Source of the DNA: Auanema rhodensis
Taxonomy: Eukaryota > Animalia > Nematoda
Length of the DNA: 64,000 nt
Direction: 5' to 3'
Assembly (NCBI GenBank): GCA_964057225.1
Contig: OZ059900.1
Coordinates: 20,770,001 to 20,834,000 of the forward strand
In this document: piece after piece, positions 13,901 to 29,100 of the stretch
Position numbering within the stretch: position 1 is the first letter of the stretch
Layout: every line of letters begins with the position of its first letter
Notes under the pieces: generated by a model
What the model was told of the DNA's origin: nothing
What the model saw: only the letters and a program-made list of their open reading frames with translations
Database searches by the model: none
Made by a program: the position numbers and the translations under genes

Positions 13901-16900
13901 GCATTTTACATGCTGAACACTATAAAAATACAAAAACACAGTATTTCCCATGAGAAATATTTTATTATGCTGGAAAACCAGTTTTTGGAAATTTCGCTGT
14001 AAACAAGGTTTTGACTTACGATTTCATGTGTTCAAACTCATGCAATGTCAATGAAACCTAGCTCAAAATTGTTCCTACAACGTCTAATTCCACTTTCACG
14101 ACAAAAAAACAGGGGTTAGAAAATTAAGGAAATTAGCATATTCTGAGGGCACGCCCCTTATGGCTAATATTGATTAAATCGATTTTTGTTCATATGAGTC
14201 GTCAAATGCAACGAATTTCAGCGTGTTACATACTAAAATGAAGCATTTTACATGCTGAACACTAGAAAAATACAAAAACACAGTATTTCCCATGAGAAAT
14301 ATTTTATTATGCTGGAAAACCAGTTTTTGGAAATTTCGCTGTAAACAAGGTTTTGACTTACGATTTCATGTGTTCAAACTCATGCAATGTCAATGAAACC
14401 TAGCTGAAAATTGTTCCTACAACGTCTAGTTCCACTTTCACGACAAAAAAACAGGGGTTAGAAAATTAAGGAAATTAGCATATTCTGAGGGCACGCCCCT
14501 TATGGCTAATATTGATTAAATCGATTTTTGTTCATATGAGTCGTCAAATGCAACGAATTTCAGCGTGTTACATACTAAAATGAAGCATTTTACATGCTGA
14601 ACACTATAAAAATACAGAAACACAGTATTTCCCATGAGAAATATTTTATTATGCTGGAAAACCAGTTTTTGGAAATTTCGCTGTAAACAAGGTTTTGACT
14701 TACGATTTCATGTGTTCAAACTCATGCAATGTCAATGAAACCTAGCTCAAAATTGTTCGTACAACGTCTAGTTCCACTTTCACGACAAAAAAACAGGGGT
14801 TAGAAAATTAAGGAAATTAGCATATTCTGAGGGCACGCCCCTTATGGCTAATATTGATTAAATCGATTTTTGTTCATATGAGTCGTCAAATGCAACGAAT
14901 TTCAGCGTGTTACATACTAAAATGAAGCATTTTACATGCTGAACACTATAAAAATACAAAAACACAGTATTTCCCATGAGAAATATTTTATTATGCTGGA
15001 AAACCAGTTTTTGGAAATTTCGCTGTAAACAAGTTTTTGACTTACGATTTCATGTGTTCAAACTCATGCAATGTCAATGAAACCTAGCTCAAAATTGTTC
15101 CTACAACGTCTAGTTCCACTTTCACGACAAAAAAACAGGGGTTAGAAAATTAAGGAAATTAGCATATTCTGAGGGCACGCCTCTTATGGCTAATATTGAT
15201 TAAATCGATTTTTGTTCATATGAGTCGTCAAATGCAACGAATTTCAGCGTGTTACATACTAAAATGAAGCATTTTACATGCTGAACACTATAAAATTACA
15301 AAAACACAGTATTTCCCATGAGAAATATTTTATTATGCTGGAAAACCAGTTTTTGGAAATTTCGCTGTAAACAAGGTTTTGACTTACGATTTCATGTGTT
15401 CAAACTCATGCAATGTCAATGAAACCTAGCTCAAAATTGTTCCTACAACGTCTAGTTCCACTTTCACGACAAAAAAACAGGGGTTAGAAAATTAAGGAAA
15501 TTAGCATATTCTGAGGGCACGCCCCTTATGGCTAATATTGATTAAATCGATTTTTGTTCATATGAGTCGTCAAATGAAACGAATTTCAGCGTGTTACATA
15601 CTAAAATGAAGCATTTTACATGCTGAACACTATAAAAATACAAAAACACAGTATTTCCCATGAGAAATATTTTATTATGCTGGAAAACCAGTTTTTGGAA
15701 AGTTCGCTGTAAATAAGGTTTTGACTTACGATTTCATGTGTTCAAACTCATGCAATGTCAATGAAACCTAGCTCAAAATTGTTCGTACAACGTCTAGTTC
15801 CACTTTCACGACAAAAAAACAGGGGTTAGAAAATTAAGGAAATTAGCATATTCTGAGGGCACGCCCCTTATGGCTAATATTGATTAAATCGATTTTTGTT
15901 CATATGAGTAGTCAAATGCAACGAATTTCAGCGTGTTACATACTAAAATGAAGCATTTTACATGCTGAACACTATAAAAATACAAAAACACAGTATTTCC
16001 CATGAGAAATATTTTATTATGCTGGAAAACCAGTTTTTGGAAATTTCGCTGTAAACAAGGTTTTGACTTACGATTTCATGTGTTCAAACTCATGCAATGT
16101 CAATGAAACCTAGCTCAAAATTGTTCCTACAACGTCTAATTCCACTTTCACGACAAAAAAACAGGGGTTAGAAAATTAAGGAAATTAGCATATTCTGAGG
16201 GCACGCCCCTTATGGCTAATATTGATTAAATCGATTTTTGTTCATATGAGTCGTCAAATGCAACGAATTTCAGCGTGTTACATACTAAAATGAAGCATTT
16301 TACATGCTGAACACTAGAAAAATACAAAAACACAGTATTTCCCATGAGAAATATTTTATTATGCTGGAAAACCAGTTTTTGGAAATTTCGCTGTAAACAA
16401 GGTTTTGACTTACGATTTCATGTGTTCAAACTCATGCAATGTCAATGAAACCTAGCTGAAAATTGTTCCTACAACGTCTAGTTCCACTTTCACGACAAAA
16501 AAACAGGGGTTAGAAAATTAAGGAAATTAGCATATTCTGAGGGCACGCCCCTTATGGCTAATATTGATTAAATCGATTTTTGTTCATATGAGTCGTCAAA
16601 TGCAACGAATTTCAGCGTGTTACATACTAAAATGAAGCATTTTACATGCTGAACACTATAAAAATACAGAAACACAGTATTTCCCATGAGAAATATTTTA
16701 TTATGCTGGAAAACCAGTTTTTGGAAATTTCGCTGTAAACAAGGTTTTGACTTACGATTTCATGTGTTCAAACTCATGCAATGTCAATGAAACCTAGCTC
16801 AAAATTGTTCGTACAACGTCTAGTTCCACTTTCACGACAAAAAAACAGGGGTTAGAAAATTAAGGAAATTAGCATATTCTGAGGGCACGCCCCTTATGGC

Positions 16901-19830
16901 TAATATTGATTAAATCGATTTTTGTTCATATGAGTCGTCAAATGCAACGAATTTCAGCGTGTTACATACTAAAATGAAGCATTTTACATGCTGAACACTA
17001 TAAAAATACAAAAACACAGTATTTCCCATGAGAAATATTTTATTATGCTGGAAAACAAGTTTTTGGAAATTTCGCTGTAAACAAGGTTTTGACTTACGAT
17101 TTCATGTGTTCAAACTCATGCAATGTCAATGAAACCTAGCTCAAAATTGTTCGTACAACGTCTAGTTCCACTTTCACGACAAAAAAACAGGGGTTAGAAA
17201 ATTAAGGAAATTAGCATATTCTGAGGGCACGCCCCTTATGGCTAATATTGATTAAATCGATTTTTGTTCATATGAGTCGTCAAATGCAACGAATTTCAGC
17301 GTGTTACATACTAAAATGAAGCATTTTACATGCTGAACACTATAAAAATACAAAAACACAGTATTTCCCATGAGAAATATTTTATTATGCTGGAAAACCA
17401 GTTTTTGGAAATTTCGCTGTAAACAAGGTTTTGACTTACGATTTCATGTGTTCAAACTCATGCAATGTCAATGAAACCTAGCTCAACATTGTTCCTACAA
17501 CGTCTAGTTCCACTTTCACGACAAAAAACAGGGGTTAGAAAATTAAGGAAATTAGCATATTCTGAGGGCACGCCCCTTATGGCTAATATTGATTAAATCG
17601 ATTTTTGTTCATATGAGTCGTCAAATGCAACGAATTTCAGCGTGTTACATACTAAAATGAAGCATTTTACATGCTGAACACTAGAAAAATACAAAAACAC
17701 AGTATTTCCATGAGAAATATTTTATTATGCTGGAAAACCAGTTTTTGGAAATTTCGCTGTAAACAAGGTTTTGACTTACGATTTCATGTGTTCAAACTCA
17801 TGCAATGTCAATGAAACCTAGCTCAAAATTGTTCCTACAACGTCTAATTCCACTTTCACGACAAAAAAACAGGGGTAAGAAAATTAAGGAAATTAGCATA
17901 TTCTGAGGGCACGCCCCTTATGGCTAATATTGATTAAATCGATTTTTGTTCATATGAGTCGTCAAATGCAACGAATTTCAGCGTGTTACATACTAAAATG
18001 AAGCATTTTACATGCTGAACACTATAAAAATACAAAAACACAGTATTTCCCATGAGAAATATTTTATTATGCTGGAAAACCAGTTTTTGGAAATTTCGCT
18101 GTAAACAAGGTTTTGACTTACGATTTCATGTGTTCAAACTCATGCAATGTCAATGAAACCTAGCTCAAAATTGTTCCTACAACGTCTAGTTCCATTTTCA
18201 CGACAAAAAAACAGGGGTTAGAAAATTAAGGAAATTAGCATATTCTGAGGGCACGCCCCTTATGGCTAATATTGATTAAATCGATTTTTGTTCATATGAG
18301 TCGTCAAATGCAACGAATTTCAGCGTGTTACATACTAAAATGAAGCATTTTACATGCTGAACACTATAAAAATACAAAAACACAGTATTTCCCATGAGAA
18401 ATATTTTATTATGCTGGAAAACCAGTTTTTGGAAATTTCGCTGTAAACAAGTTTTTGACTTACGATTTCATGTGTTCAAACTCATGCAATGTCAATGAAA
18501 CCTAGCTCAAAATTGTTCCTACAACGTCTAGTTCCACTTTCACGACAAAAAAACAGGGGTTAGAAAATTAAGGAAATTAGCATATTCTGAGGGCACGCCT
18601 CTTATGGCTAATATTGATTAAATCGATTTTTGTTCATATGAGTCGTCAAATGCAACGAATTTCAGCGTGTTACATACTAAAATGAAGCATTTTACATGCT
18701 GAACACTATAAAATTACAAAAACACAGTATTTCCCATGAGAAATATTTTATTATGCTGGAAAACCAGTTTTTGGAAATTTCGCTGTAAACAAGGTTTTGA
18801 CTTACGATTTCATGTGTTCAAACTCATGCAATGTCAATGAAACCTAGCTCAAAATTGTTCCTACAACGTCTAGTTCCACTTTCACGACAAAAAAACAGGG
18901 GTTAGAAAATTAAGGAAATTAGCATATTCTGAGGGCACGCCCCTTATGGCTAATATTGATTAAATCGATTTTTGTTCATATGAGTCGTCAAATGAAACGA
19001 ATTTCAGCGTGTTACATACTAAAATGAAGCATTTTACATGCTGAACACTATAAAAATACAAAAACACAGTATTTCCCATGAGAAATATTTTATTATGCTG
19101 GAAAACCAGTTTTTGGAAAGTTCGCTGTAAATAAGGTTTTGACTTACGATTTCATGTGTTCAAACTCATGCAATGTCAATGAAACCTAGCTCAAAATTGT
19201 TCGTACAACGTCTAGTTCCACTTTCACGACAAAAAAACAGGGGTTAGAAAATTAAGGAAATTAGCATATTCTGAGGGCACGCCCCTTATGGCTAATATTG
19301 ATTAAATCGATTTTTGTTCATATGAGTAGTCAAATGCAACGAATTTCAGCGTGTTACATACTAAAATGAAGCATTTTACATGCTGAACACTATAAAAATA
19401 CAAAAACACAGTATTTCCCATGAGAAATATTTTATTATGCTGGAAAACCAGTTTTTGGAAATTTCGCTGTAAACAAGGTTTTGACTTACGATTTCATGTG
19501 TTCAAACTCATGCAATGTCAATGAAACCTAGCTCAAAATTGTTCCTACAACGTCTAATTCCACTTTCACGACAAAAAAACAGGGGTTAGAAAATTAAGGA
19601 AATTAGCATATTCTGAGGGCACGCCCCTTATGGCTAATATTGATTAAATCGATTTTTGTTCATATGAGTCGTCAAATGCAACGAATTTCAGCGTGTTACA
19701 TACTAAAATGAAGCATTTTACATGCTGAACACTATAAAAATACAAAAACACAGTATTTCCCATGAGAAATATTTTATTATGCTGGAAAACCAGTTTTTGG
19801 AAATTTCGCTGTAAACAAGGTTTTGACTTA
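10943..19830 (+). repeat. 10-mer HOR (3418 bp), truncated 6-mer (2052 bp), then 10-mer again
   Basis: The GCTGAAAA/TACAGAAA monomer starts units at 10943, 14361 and 16413. The 340-bp CAACATT monomer occurs at 11969 and 17439 only. The AAAGTTCG/ATAAGG variants occur at 13650, 15702 and 19120. Confidence 0.9.
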
Positions 19831-20172
19831 CGATTTCATGTGTTCAAACTCATGCAATGTCAATGAAACCTAGCTCAAAATTGTTCCTACAACGTCTAAT
19901 TCCACTTTCACGACAAAAAAACAGGGGTTAGAAAATTAAGGAAATTAGCATATTCTGAGGGCACGCCCCTTATGGCTAATATTGATTAAATCGATTTTTG
20001 TTCATATGAGTCGTCAAATGCAACGAATTTCAGCGTGTTACATACTAAAATGAAGCATTTTACATGCTGAACACTAGAAAAATACAAAAACACAGTATTT
20101 CCCATGAGAAATATTTTATTATGCTGGAAAACCAGTTTTTGGAAATTTCGCTGTAAACAAGGTTTTGACTTA

Positions 20173-23100
20173 CGATTTCATGTGTTCAAACTCATGCAAT
20201 GTCAATGAAACATAGCTCAAAATTGTTCGTACAACGTCTAGTTCCACTTTCACGACAAAAAAACAGGGGTTAGAAAATTAAGGAAGTTAGCATATTCTGA
20301 GGGCACGCCCCTTATGGCTAATATTGATTAAATCGATTTTTGTTCATATGAGTCGTCAAATGCAACGAATTTCAGCGTGTTACATACTAAAATGAAGCAT
20401 TTTACATGCTGAACACTAGAAAAATACAAAAACACAGTATTTCCCATGAGAAATATTTTATTATGCTGGAAAACCAGTTTTTGGAAATTTCGCTGTAAAC
20501 AAGGTTTTGACTTACGATTTCATGTGTTCAAACTCATGCAATGTCAATGAAACCTAGCTCAAAATTGTTCGTACAACGTCTAGTTCCACTTTCACGACAA
20601 AAAAACAGGGGTTAGAAAATTAAGGAAATTAGCATATTCTGAGGGCACGCCCCTTATGGCTAATATTGATTAAATCGATTTTTGTTCATATGAGTCGTCA
20701 AATGCAACGAATTTCAGCGTGTTACATACTAAAATGAAGCATTTTACATGCTGAACACTAGAAGAATACAAAAACACAGTATTTCCCATGAGAAATATTT
20801 TATTATGCTGGAAAACCAGTTTTTGGAAATTTCGCTGTAAACAAGGTTTTGACTTACGATTTCATGTGTTCAAACTCATGCAATGTCAATGAAACCTAGC
20901 TCAAAATTGTTCGTACAACGTCTAGTTCCACTTTCACGACAAAAAAACAGGGGTTAGAAAATTAAGGAAATTAGCATATTCTGAGGGCACGCCCCTTATG
21001 GCTAATATTGATTAAATCGATTTTTGTTCATATGAGTCGTCAAATGCAACGAATTTCAGCGTGTTACATACTAAAATGAAGCATTTTACATGCTGAACAC
21101 TAGAAGAATACAAAAACACAGTATTTCCCATGAGAAATATTTTATTATGCTGGAAAACCAGTTTTTGGAAATTTCGCTGTAAACAAGGTTTTGACTTACG
21201 ATTTCATGTGTTCAAACTCATGCAATGTCAATGAAACCTAGCTCAAAATTGTTCGTACAACGTCTAGTTCCACTTTCACGACAAAAAAACAGGGGTTAGA
21301 AAATTAAGGAAATTAGCATATTCTGAGGGCACGCCCCTTATGGCTAATATTGATTAAATCGATTTTTGTTCATATGAGTCGTCAAATGCAACGAATTTCA
21401 GCGTGTTACATACTAAAATGAGACATTTTACATGCTGAACACTAGAAAAATACAAAAACACAGTATTTCCCATGAGAAATATTTTATTATGCTGGAAAAC
21501 CAGTTTTTGGAAATTTCGCTGTAAACAAGGTTTTGACTTACGATTTCATGTGTTCAAACTCATTCAATGTCAATGAAACCTAGCTCAAAATTGTTCGTAC
21601 AACGTCTAGTTCCACTTTCACGACAAAAAAACAGGGGTTAGAAAATTAGCATATTCTGAGGGCACGCCCCTTATGGCTAATATTGATTAAATCGATTTTT
21701 GTTCATATGAGTCGTCAAATGCAATGAATTTCAGCGTGTTACATACTAAAATGAAGCATTTTACATGCTGAACACTAGAAAAATACAAAAACACAGTATT
21801 TCCCATGAGAAATATTTTATTATGCTGGAAAACCAGTTTTTGGAAATTTCGCTGTAAACAAGGTTTTGACTTACGATTTCATGTGTTCAAACTCATGCAA
21901 TGTCAATGAAACCTAGCTCAAAATTGTTCGTACAACGTCTAGTTCCACTTTCACGACAAAAAAACAGGGGTTAGAAAATTAAGGAAATTAGCATATTCTG
22001 AGGGCACGCCCCTTATGGCTAATATTGATTAAATCGATTTTTGTTCATATGAGTCGTCAAATGCAACGAATTTCAGCGTGTTACATACTAAAAAGAAGCA
22101 TTTTACATGCTGAACACTAGAAAAATACAAAAACACAGTATTTCCCATGAGAAATATTTTATCATGCTGGAAAACCAGTTTTTGGAAATTTCGCTGTAAA
22201 CAAGGTTTTGACTTACGATTTCATGTGTTCAAACTCATGCAATGTCAATGAAACCTAGCTCAAAATTGTTTGTACAACGTCTAGTTCCACTTTCACGACA
22301 AAAAAACAAGGGTTAGAAAATTAAGGAAATTAGCATATTCTGAGGGCACGCCCCTTATGGCTAATATTGATTAAATCGATTTTTGTTCATATGAGTCGTC
22401 AAATGCAACGAATTTCAGCGTGTTACATACTAAAATGAAGCATTTTACATGCTGAACACTAGAAAAATACAAAAACACAGTATTTCCCATGAGAAATATT
22501 TTATTATGCTGGAAAACCAGTTTTTGGAAATTTCGCTGTAAACAAGGTTTTGACTTACGATTTCATGTGTTCAAACTCATGCTATGTCAATGTAACCTAG
22601 CTCAAAATTGTTCGTACAACGTCTAGTTCCACTTTCACGACAAAAAAACAGGGGTTAGAAAATTAAGGAAATTAGCATATTCTGAGGGCACGCCCCTTAT
22701 GGCTAATATTGATTAAATCGATTTTTGTTTATATGAGTCGTCAAATGCAACGAATTTCAGCGTGTTACATACTAAAATGAAGCATTCCACATGCTGAACA
22801 CTAGAAAAATACAAAAACACAGTATTTCCCATGAGAAATATTTTATTATGCTGGAAAACCAGTTTTTGGAAATTTCGCTGTAAACAAGGTTTTGACTTAC
22901 GATTTCATGTGTTCAAACTCATGCAATGTCAATGAAACCTAGCTCAAAATTGTTCGTACAACGTCTAGTTCCACTTTCACGACAAAAAAACAGGGGTTAG
23001 AAAATTAAGGAAATTAGCATATTCTGAGGGCACGCCCCTTATGGCTAATATTGATTAAATCGATTTTTGTTCATATGAGTCGTCAAATGCAACGAATTTC

Positions 23101-26100
23101 AGCGTGTTACATACTAAAATGAAGCATTTTACATGCTGAACACTAGAAGAATACAAAAACACAGTATTTCCCATGACAAATATTTTATTATGCTGGAAAA
23201 CCAGTTTTTGGAAATTTCGCTGTAAACAAGGTTTTGACTTACGATTTCATGTGTTCAAACTCATGCAATGTCAATGAAACCTAGCTCAAAATTGTTCGTA
23301 CAACGTCTAGTTCCACTTTCACGACAAAAAAACAGGGGTTAGAAAATTAATGAATTTAGCATATTCTGAGGGCACGCCCCTTATGGCTAATATTGATTAA
23401 ATCGATTTTTGTTCATATGAGTCGTCAAATGCAACGAATTTCAGCGTGTTACATACTAAAATGAGACATTTTACATGCTGAACACTAGAAAAATACAAAA
23501 ACACAGTATTTCCCATGAGAAATATTTTATTATGCTGGAAAACCAGTTTTTGGAAATTTCGCTGTAAACAAGGTTTTGACTTACGATTTCATGTGTTCAA
23601 ACTCATTCAATGTCAATGAAACCTAGCTCAAAATTGTTCGTACAACGTCTAGTTCCACTTTCACGACAAAAAAACAGGGGTTAGAAAATTAGCATATTCT
23701 GAGGGCACGCCCCTTATGGCTAATATTGATTAAATCGATTTTTGTTCATATGAGTCGTCAAATGCAATGAATTTCAGCGTGTTACATACTAAAATGAAGC
23801 ATTTTACATGCTGAACACTAGAAAAATACAAAAACACAGTATTTCCCATGAGAAATATTTTATTATGCTGGAAAACCAGTTTTTGGAAATTTCGCTGTAA
23901 ACAAGGTTTTGACTTACGATTTCATGTGTTCAAACTCATGCAATGTCAATGAAACCTAGCTCAAAATTGTTCGTACAACGTCTAGTTCCACTTTCACGAC
24001 AAAAAAACAGGGGTTAGAAAATTAAGGAAATTAGCATATTCTGAGGGCACGCCCCTTATGGCTAATATTGATTAAATCGATTTTTGTTCATATGAGTCGT
24101 CAAATGCAACGAATTTCAGCGTGTTACATACTAAAATGAAGCATTTTACATGCTGAACACTAGAAGAATACAAAAACACAGTATTTCCCATGAGAAATAT
24201 TTTATTATGCTGGAAAACCAGTTTTTGGAAATTTCGCTGTAAACAAGGTTTTGACTTACGATTTCATGTGTTCAAACTCATGCAATGTCAATGAAACCTA
24301 GCTCAAAATTGTTCGTACAACGTCTAGTTCCACTTTCACGACAAAAAAACAGGGGTTAGAAAATTAAGGAAATTAGCATATTCTGAGGGCACGCCCCTTA
24401 TGGCTAATATTGATTAAATCGATTTTTGTTCATATGAGTCGTCAAATGCAACGAATTTCAGCGTGTTACATACTAGAATGAAGCATTTTACATGCTGAAC
24501 ACTAGAAAAATACAAAAACACAGTATTTCCCATGAGAAATATTTTATTATGCTGGAAAACCAGTTTTTGGAAATTTCGCTGTAAACAAGGTTTTGACTTA
24601 CGATTTCATGTGTTCAAACTCATGCAATGTCAATGAAACATAGCTCAAAATTGTTCGTACAACGTCTAGTTCCACTTTCACGACAAAAAAACAGGGGTTA
24701 GAAAATTAAGGAAATTAGCATATTCTGAGGGCACGCCCCTTATGGCTAATATTGATTAAATCGATTTTTGTTCATATGAGTCGTCAAATGCAATGAATTT
24801 CAGCGTGTTACATACTAAAATGAAGCATTTTACATGCTGAACACTAGAAAAATACAAAAACACAGTATTTCCCATGAGAAATATTTTATTATGCTGGAAA
24901 ACCAGTTTTTGGAAATTTCGCTGTAAACAAGGTTTTGACTTACGATTTCATGTGTTCAAACTCATGCAATGTCAATGAAACCTAGCTCAAAATTGTTCGT
25001 ACAACGTCTAGTTCCACTTTCACGACAAAAAAAAAGGGGTTAGAAAATTAAGGAAATTAGCATATTCTGAGGGCACGCCCCTTATGGCTAATATTGATTA
25101 AATCGATTTTTGTTCATATGAGTCGTTAAATGCAACGAATTTCAGCGTGTTACATACTAAAATGAAGCATTTTACATGCTGAACACTAGAAGAATACAAA
25201 AACACAGTATTTCCCATGAGAAATATTTTATTATGCTGGAAAACCAGTTTTTGGAAATTTCGCTGTAAACAAGGTTTTGACTTACGATTTCATGTGTTCA
25301 AACTCATGCAATGTCAATGAAACCTAGCTCAAAATTGTTCGTACAACGTCTAGTTCCACTTTCACGACAAAAAAACAGGGGTTAGAAAATTAAGGAAATT
25401 AGCATATTCTGAGGGCACGCCCCTTATGGCTAATATTGATTAAATCGATTTTTGTTCATATGAGTCGTCAAATGCAATGAATTTCAGCGTGTTACATACT
25501 AAAATGAAGCATTTTACATGCTGAACACTAGAAAAATACAAAAACACAGTATTTCCCATGAGAAATATTTTATTATGCTGGAAAACCAGTTTTTGGAAAT
25601 TTCGCTGTAAACAAGGTTTTGACTTACGATTTCATGTGTTCAAACTCATGCAATGTCAATGAAACCTAGCTCAAAATTGTTCGTACAACGTCTAGTTCCA
25701 CTTTCACGACAAAAAAACAGGGGTTAGAAAATTAAGGAAATTAGCATATTCTGAGGGCACGCCCCTTATGGCTAATATTGATTAAATCGATTTTTGTTCA
25801 TATGAGTCGTCAAATGCAACGAATTTCAGCGTGTTACATACTAAAAAGAAGCATTTTACATGCTGAACACTAGAAAAATACAAAAACACAGTATTTCCCA
25901 TGAGAAATATTTTATCATGCTGGAAAACCAGTTTTTGGAAATTTCGCTGTAAACAAGGTTTTGACTTACGATTTCATGTGTTCAAACTCATGCAATGTCA
26001 ATGAAACCTAGCTCAAAATTGTTTGTACAACGTCTAGTTCCACTTTCACGACAAAAAAACAAGGGTTAGAAAATTAAGGAAATTAGCATATTCTGAGGGC

Positions 26101-29100
26101 ACGCCCCTTATGGCTAATATTGATTAAATCGATTTTTGTTCATATGAGTCGTCAAATGCAACGAATTTCAGCGTGTTACATACTAAAATGAAGCATTTTA
26201 CATGCTGAACACTAGAAAAATACAAAAACACAATATTTCCCATGAGAAATATTTTATTATGCTGGAAAACCAGTTTTTGGAAATTTCGCTGTAAACAAGG
26301 TTTTGACTTACGATTTCATGTGTTCAAACTCATGCTATGTCAATGTAACCTAGCTCAAAATTGTTCGTACAACGTCTAGTTCCACTTTCACGACAAAAAA
26401 ACAGGGGTTAGAAAATTAAGGAAATTAGCATATTCTGAGGGCACGCCCCTTATGGCTAATATTGATTAAATCGATTTTTGTTCATATGAGTCGTCAAATG
26501 CAACGAATTTCAGCGTGTTACATACTAAAATGAAGCATTCCACATGCTGAACACTAGAAAAATACAAAAACACAGTATTTCCCATGAGAAATATTTTATT
26601 ATGCTGGAAAACCAGTTTTTGGAAATTTCGCTGTAAACAAGGTTTTGACTTACGATTTCATGTGTTCAAACTCATGCAATGTCAATGAAACCTAGCTCAA
26701 AATTGTTCGTACAACGTCTAGTTCCAATTTCACGACAAAAAAACAAGGGTTAGAAAATTAAGGAAATTAGCATATTCTGAGGGCACGCCCCTTATGGCTA
26801 ATATTGATTAAATCGATTTTTGTTCATATGAGTCGTCAAATGCAACGAATTTCAGCGTGTTACATACTAAAATGAAGCATTTTACATGCTGAACACTATA
26901 AAAATACAAAAACACAGTATTTCCCATGAGAAATATTTTATTATGCTGGAAAACCAGTTTTTGGAAATTTCGCTGTAAACAAGGTTTTGACTTACGATTT
27001 CATGTGTTCAAACTCATGCAATGTCAATGAAACTTAGCTCAAAATTGTTCGTACAACGTCTAGTTCCACTTTCACGACAAAAAAACAGGGGTTAGAAAAT
27101 TAAGGAAATTAGCATATTCTGAGGGCACGCCCCTTATGGCTAATATTGATTAAATCGATTTTTGTTCATATGAGTCGTCAAATGCAACGAATTTCAGCGT
27201 GTTACATACTAAAATGAAGCATTTTACATGCTGAACACTAGAAGAATACAAAAACACAGTATTTCCCATGAGAAATATTTTATTATGCTGGAAAACCAGT
27301 TTTTGGAAATTTCGCTGTAAACAAGGTTTTGACTTACGATTTCATGTGTTCAAACTCATGCAATGTCAATGAAACCTAGCTCAAAATTGTTCGTACAACG
27401 TCTAGTTCCACTTTCACGACAAAAAAACAGGGGTTAGAAAATTAAGGAAATTAGCATATTCTGAGGGCACGCCCCTTATGGCTAATATTGATTAAATCGA
27501 TTTTTGTTCATATGAGTCGTCAAATGCAACGAATTTCAGCGTGTTACATACTAAAATGAAGCATTTTACATGCTGAACACTAGAAGAATACAAAAACACA
27601 GTATTTCCCATGAGAAATATTTTATTATGCTGGAAAACCAGTTTTTGGAAATTTCGCTGTAAACAAGGTTTTGACTTACGATTTCATGTGTTCAAACTCA
27701 TGCAATGTCAATGAAACGTAGCTCAAAATTGTTCGTACAACGTCTAGTTCCACTTTCACGACAAAAAAACAGGGGTTAGAAAATTAAGGAAATTAGCATA
27801 TTCTGAGGGCTCGCCTCTTATGGCTAATATTGATTAAATCGATTTTTGTTCATATGAGTCGTCAAATGCAACGAATTTCAGCGTGTTACATACTAAAATG
27901 AAGCATTTTACATGCTGAACACTAGAAAAATACAAAAACACAGTATTTCCCATGAGAAATATTTTATTATGCTGGAAAACCAGTTTTTGGAAATTTCGCT
28001 GTAAACAAGGTTTTGACTTACGATTTCATGTGTTCAAACTCATGCAATGTCAATGAAACTTAGCTCAAAATTGTTCGTACAACGTCTAGTTCCACTTTCA
28101 CGACAAAAAAACAGGGGTTAGAAAATTAAGGAAATTAGCATATTCTGAGGGCACGCCCCTTATGGCTAATATTGATTAAATCGATTTTTGTTCATATGAG
28201 TCGTCAAATGCAACGAATTTCAGCGTGTTACATACTAAAATGAAGCATTCCACATGCTGAACACTAGAAAAATACAAAAACACAGTATTTCCCATGAGAA
28301 ATATTTTATTATGCTGGAAAACCAGTTTTTGGAAATTTCGCTGTAAACAAGGTTTTGACTTACGATTTCATGTGTTCAAACTCATGCAATGTCAATGAAA
28401 CCTAGCTCAAAATTGTTCGTACAACGTCTAGTTCCACTTTCACGACAAAAAAACAGGGGTTAGAAAATTAAGGAAATTAGCATATTCTGAGGGCACGCCC
28501 CTTATGGCTAATATTGATTAAATCGATTTTTGTTCATATGAGTCGTCAAATGCAACGAATTTCAGCGTGTTACATACTAAAATGAAGCATTTTACATGCT
28601 GAACACTAGAAAACTACAAAAACACAGTATTTCCCATGAGAAATATTTTATCATGCTGGAAAACCAGTTTTTGGAAATTTCGCTGTAAACAAGGTTTTGA
28701 CTTACGATTTCATGTGTTCAAACTCATGCAATGTCAATGAAACGTAGCTCAAAATTGTTCGTACAACGTCTAGTTCCACTTTCACGACAAAAAAACAGGG
28801 GTTAGAAAATTAAGGAAATTAGCATATTCTGAGGGCACGCCCCTTATGGCTAATATTGATTAAATCGATTTTTGTTCATATGAGTCGTCAAATGCAACGA
28901 ATTTCAGCGTGTTACATACTAAAATGAAGCATTTTACATGCTGAACACTAGAAAAATACAAAAACACAGTATTTCCCATGAGAAATATTTTATCATGCTG
29001 GAAAACCAGTTTTTGGAAATTTCGCTGTAAACAAGGTTTTGACTTACGATTTCATGTGTTCAAACTCATGCAATGTCAATGAAACCTAGCTCAAAATTGT

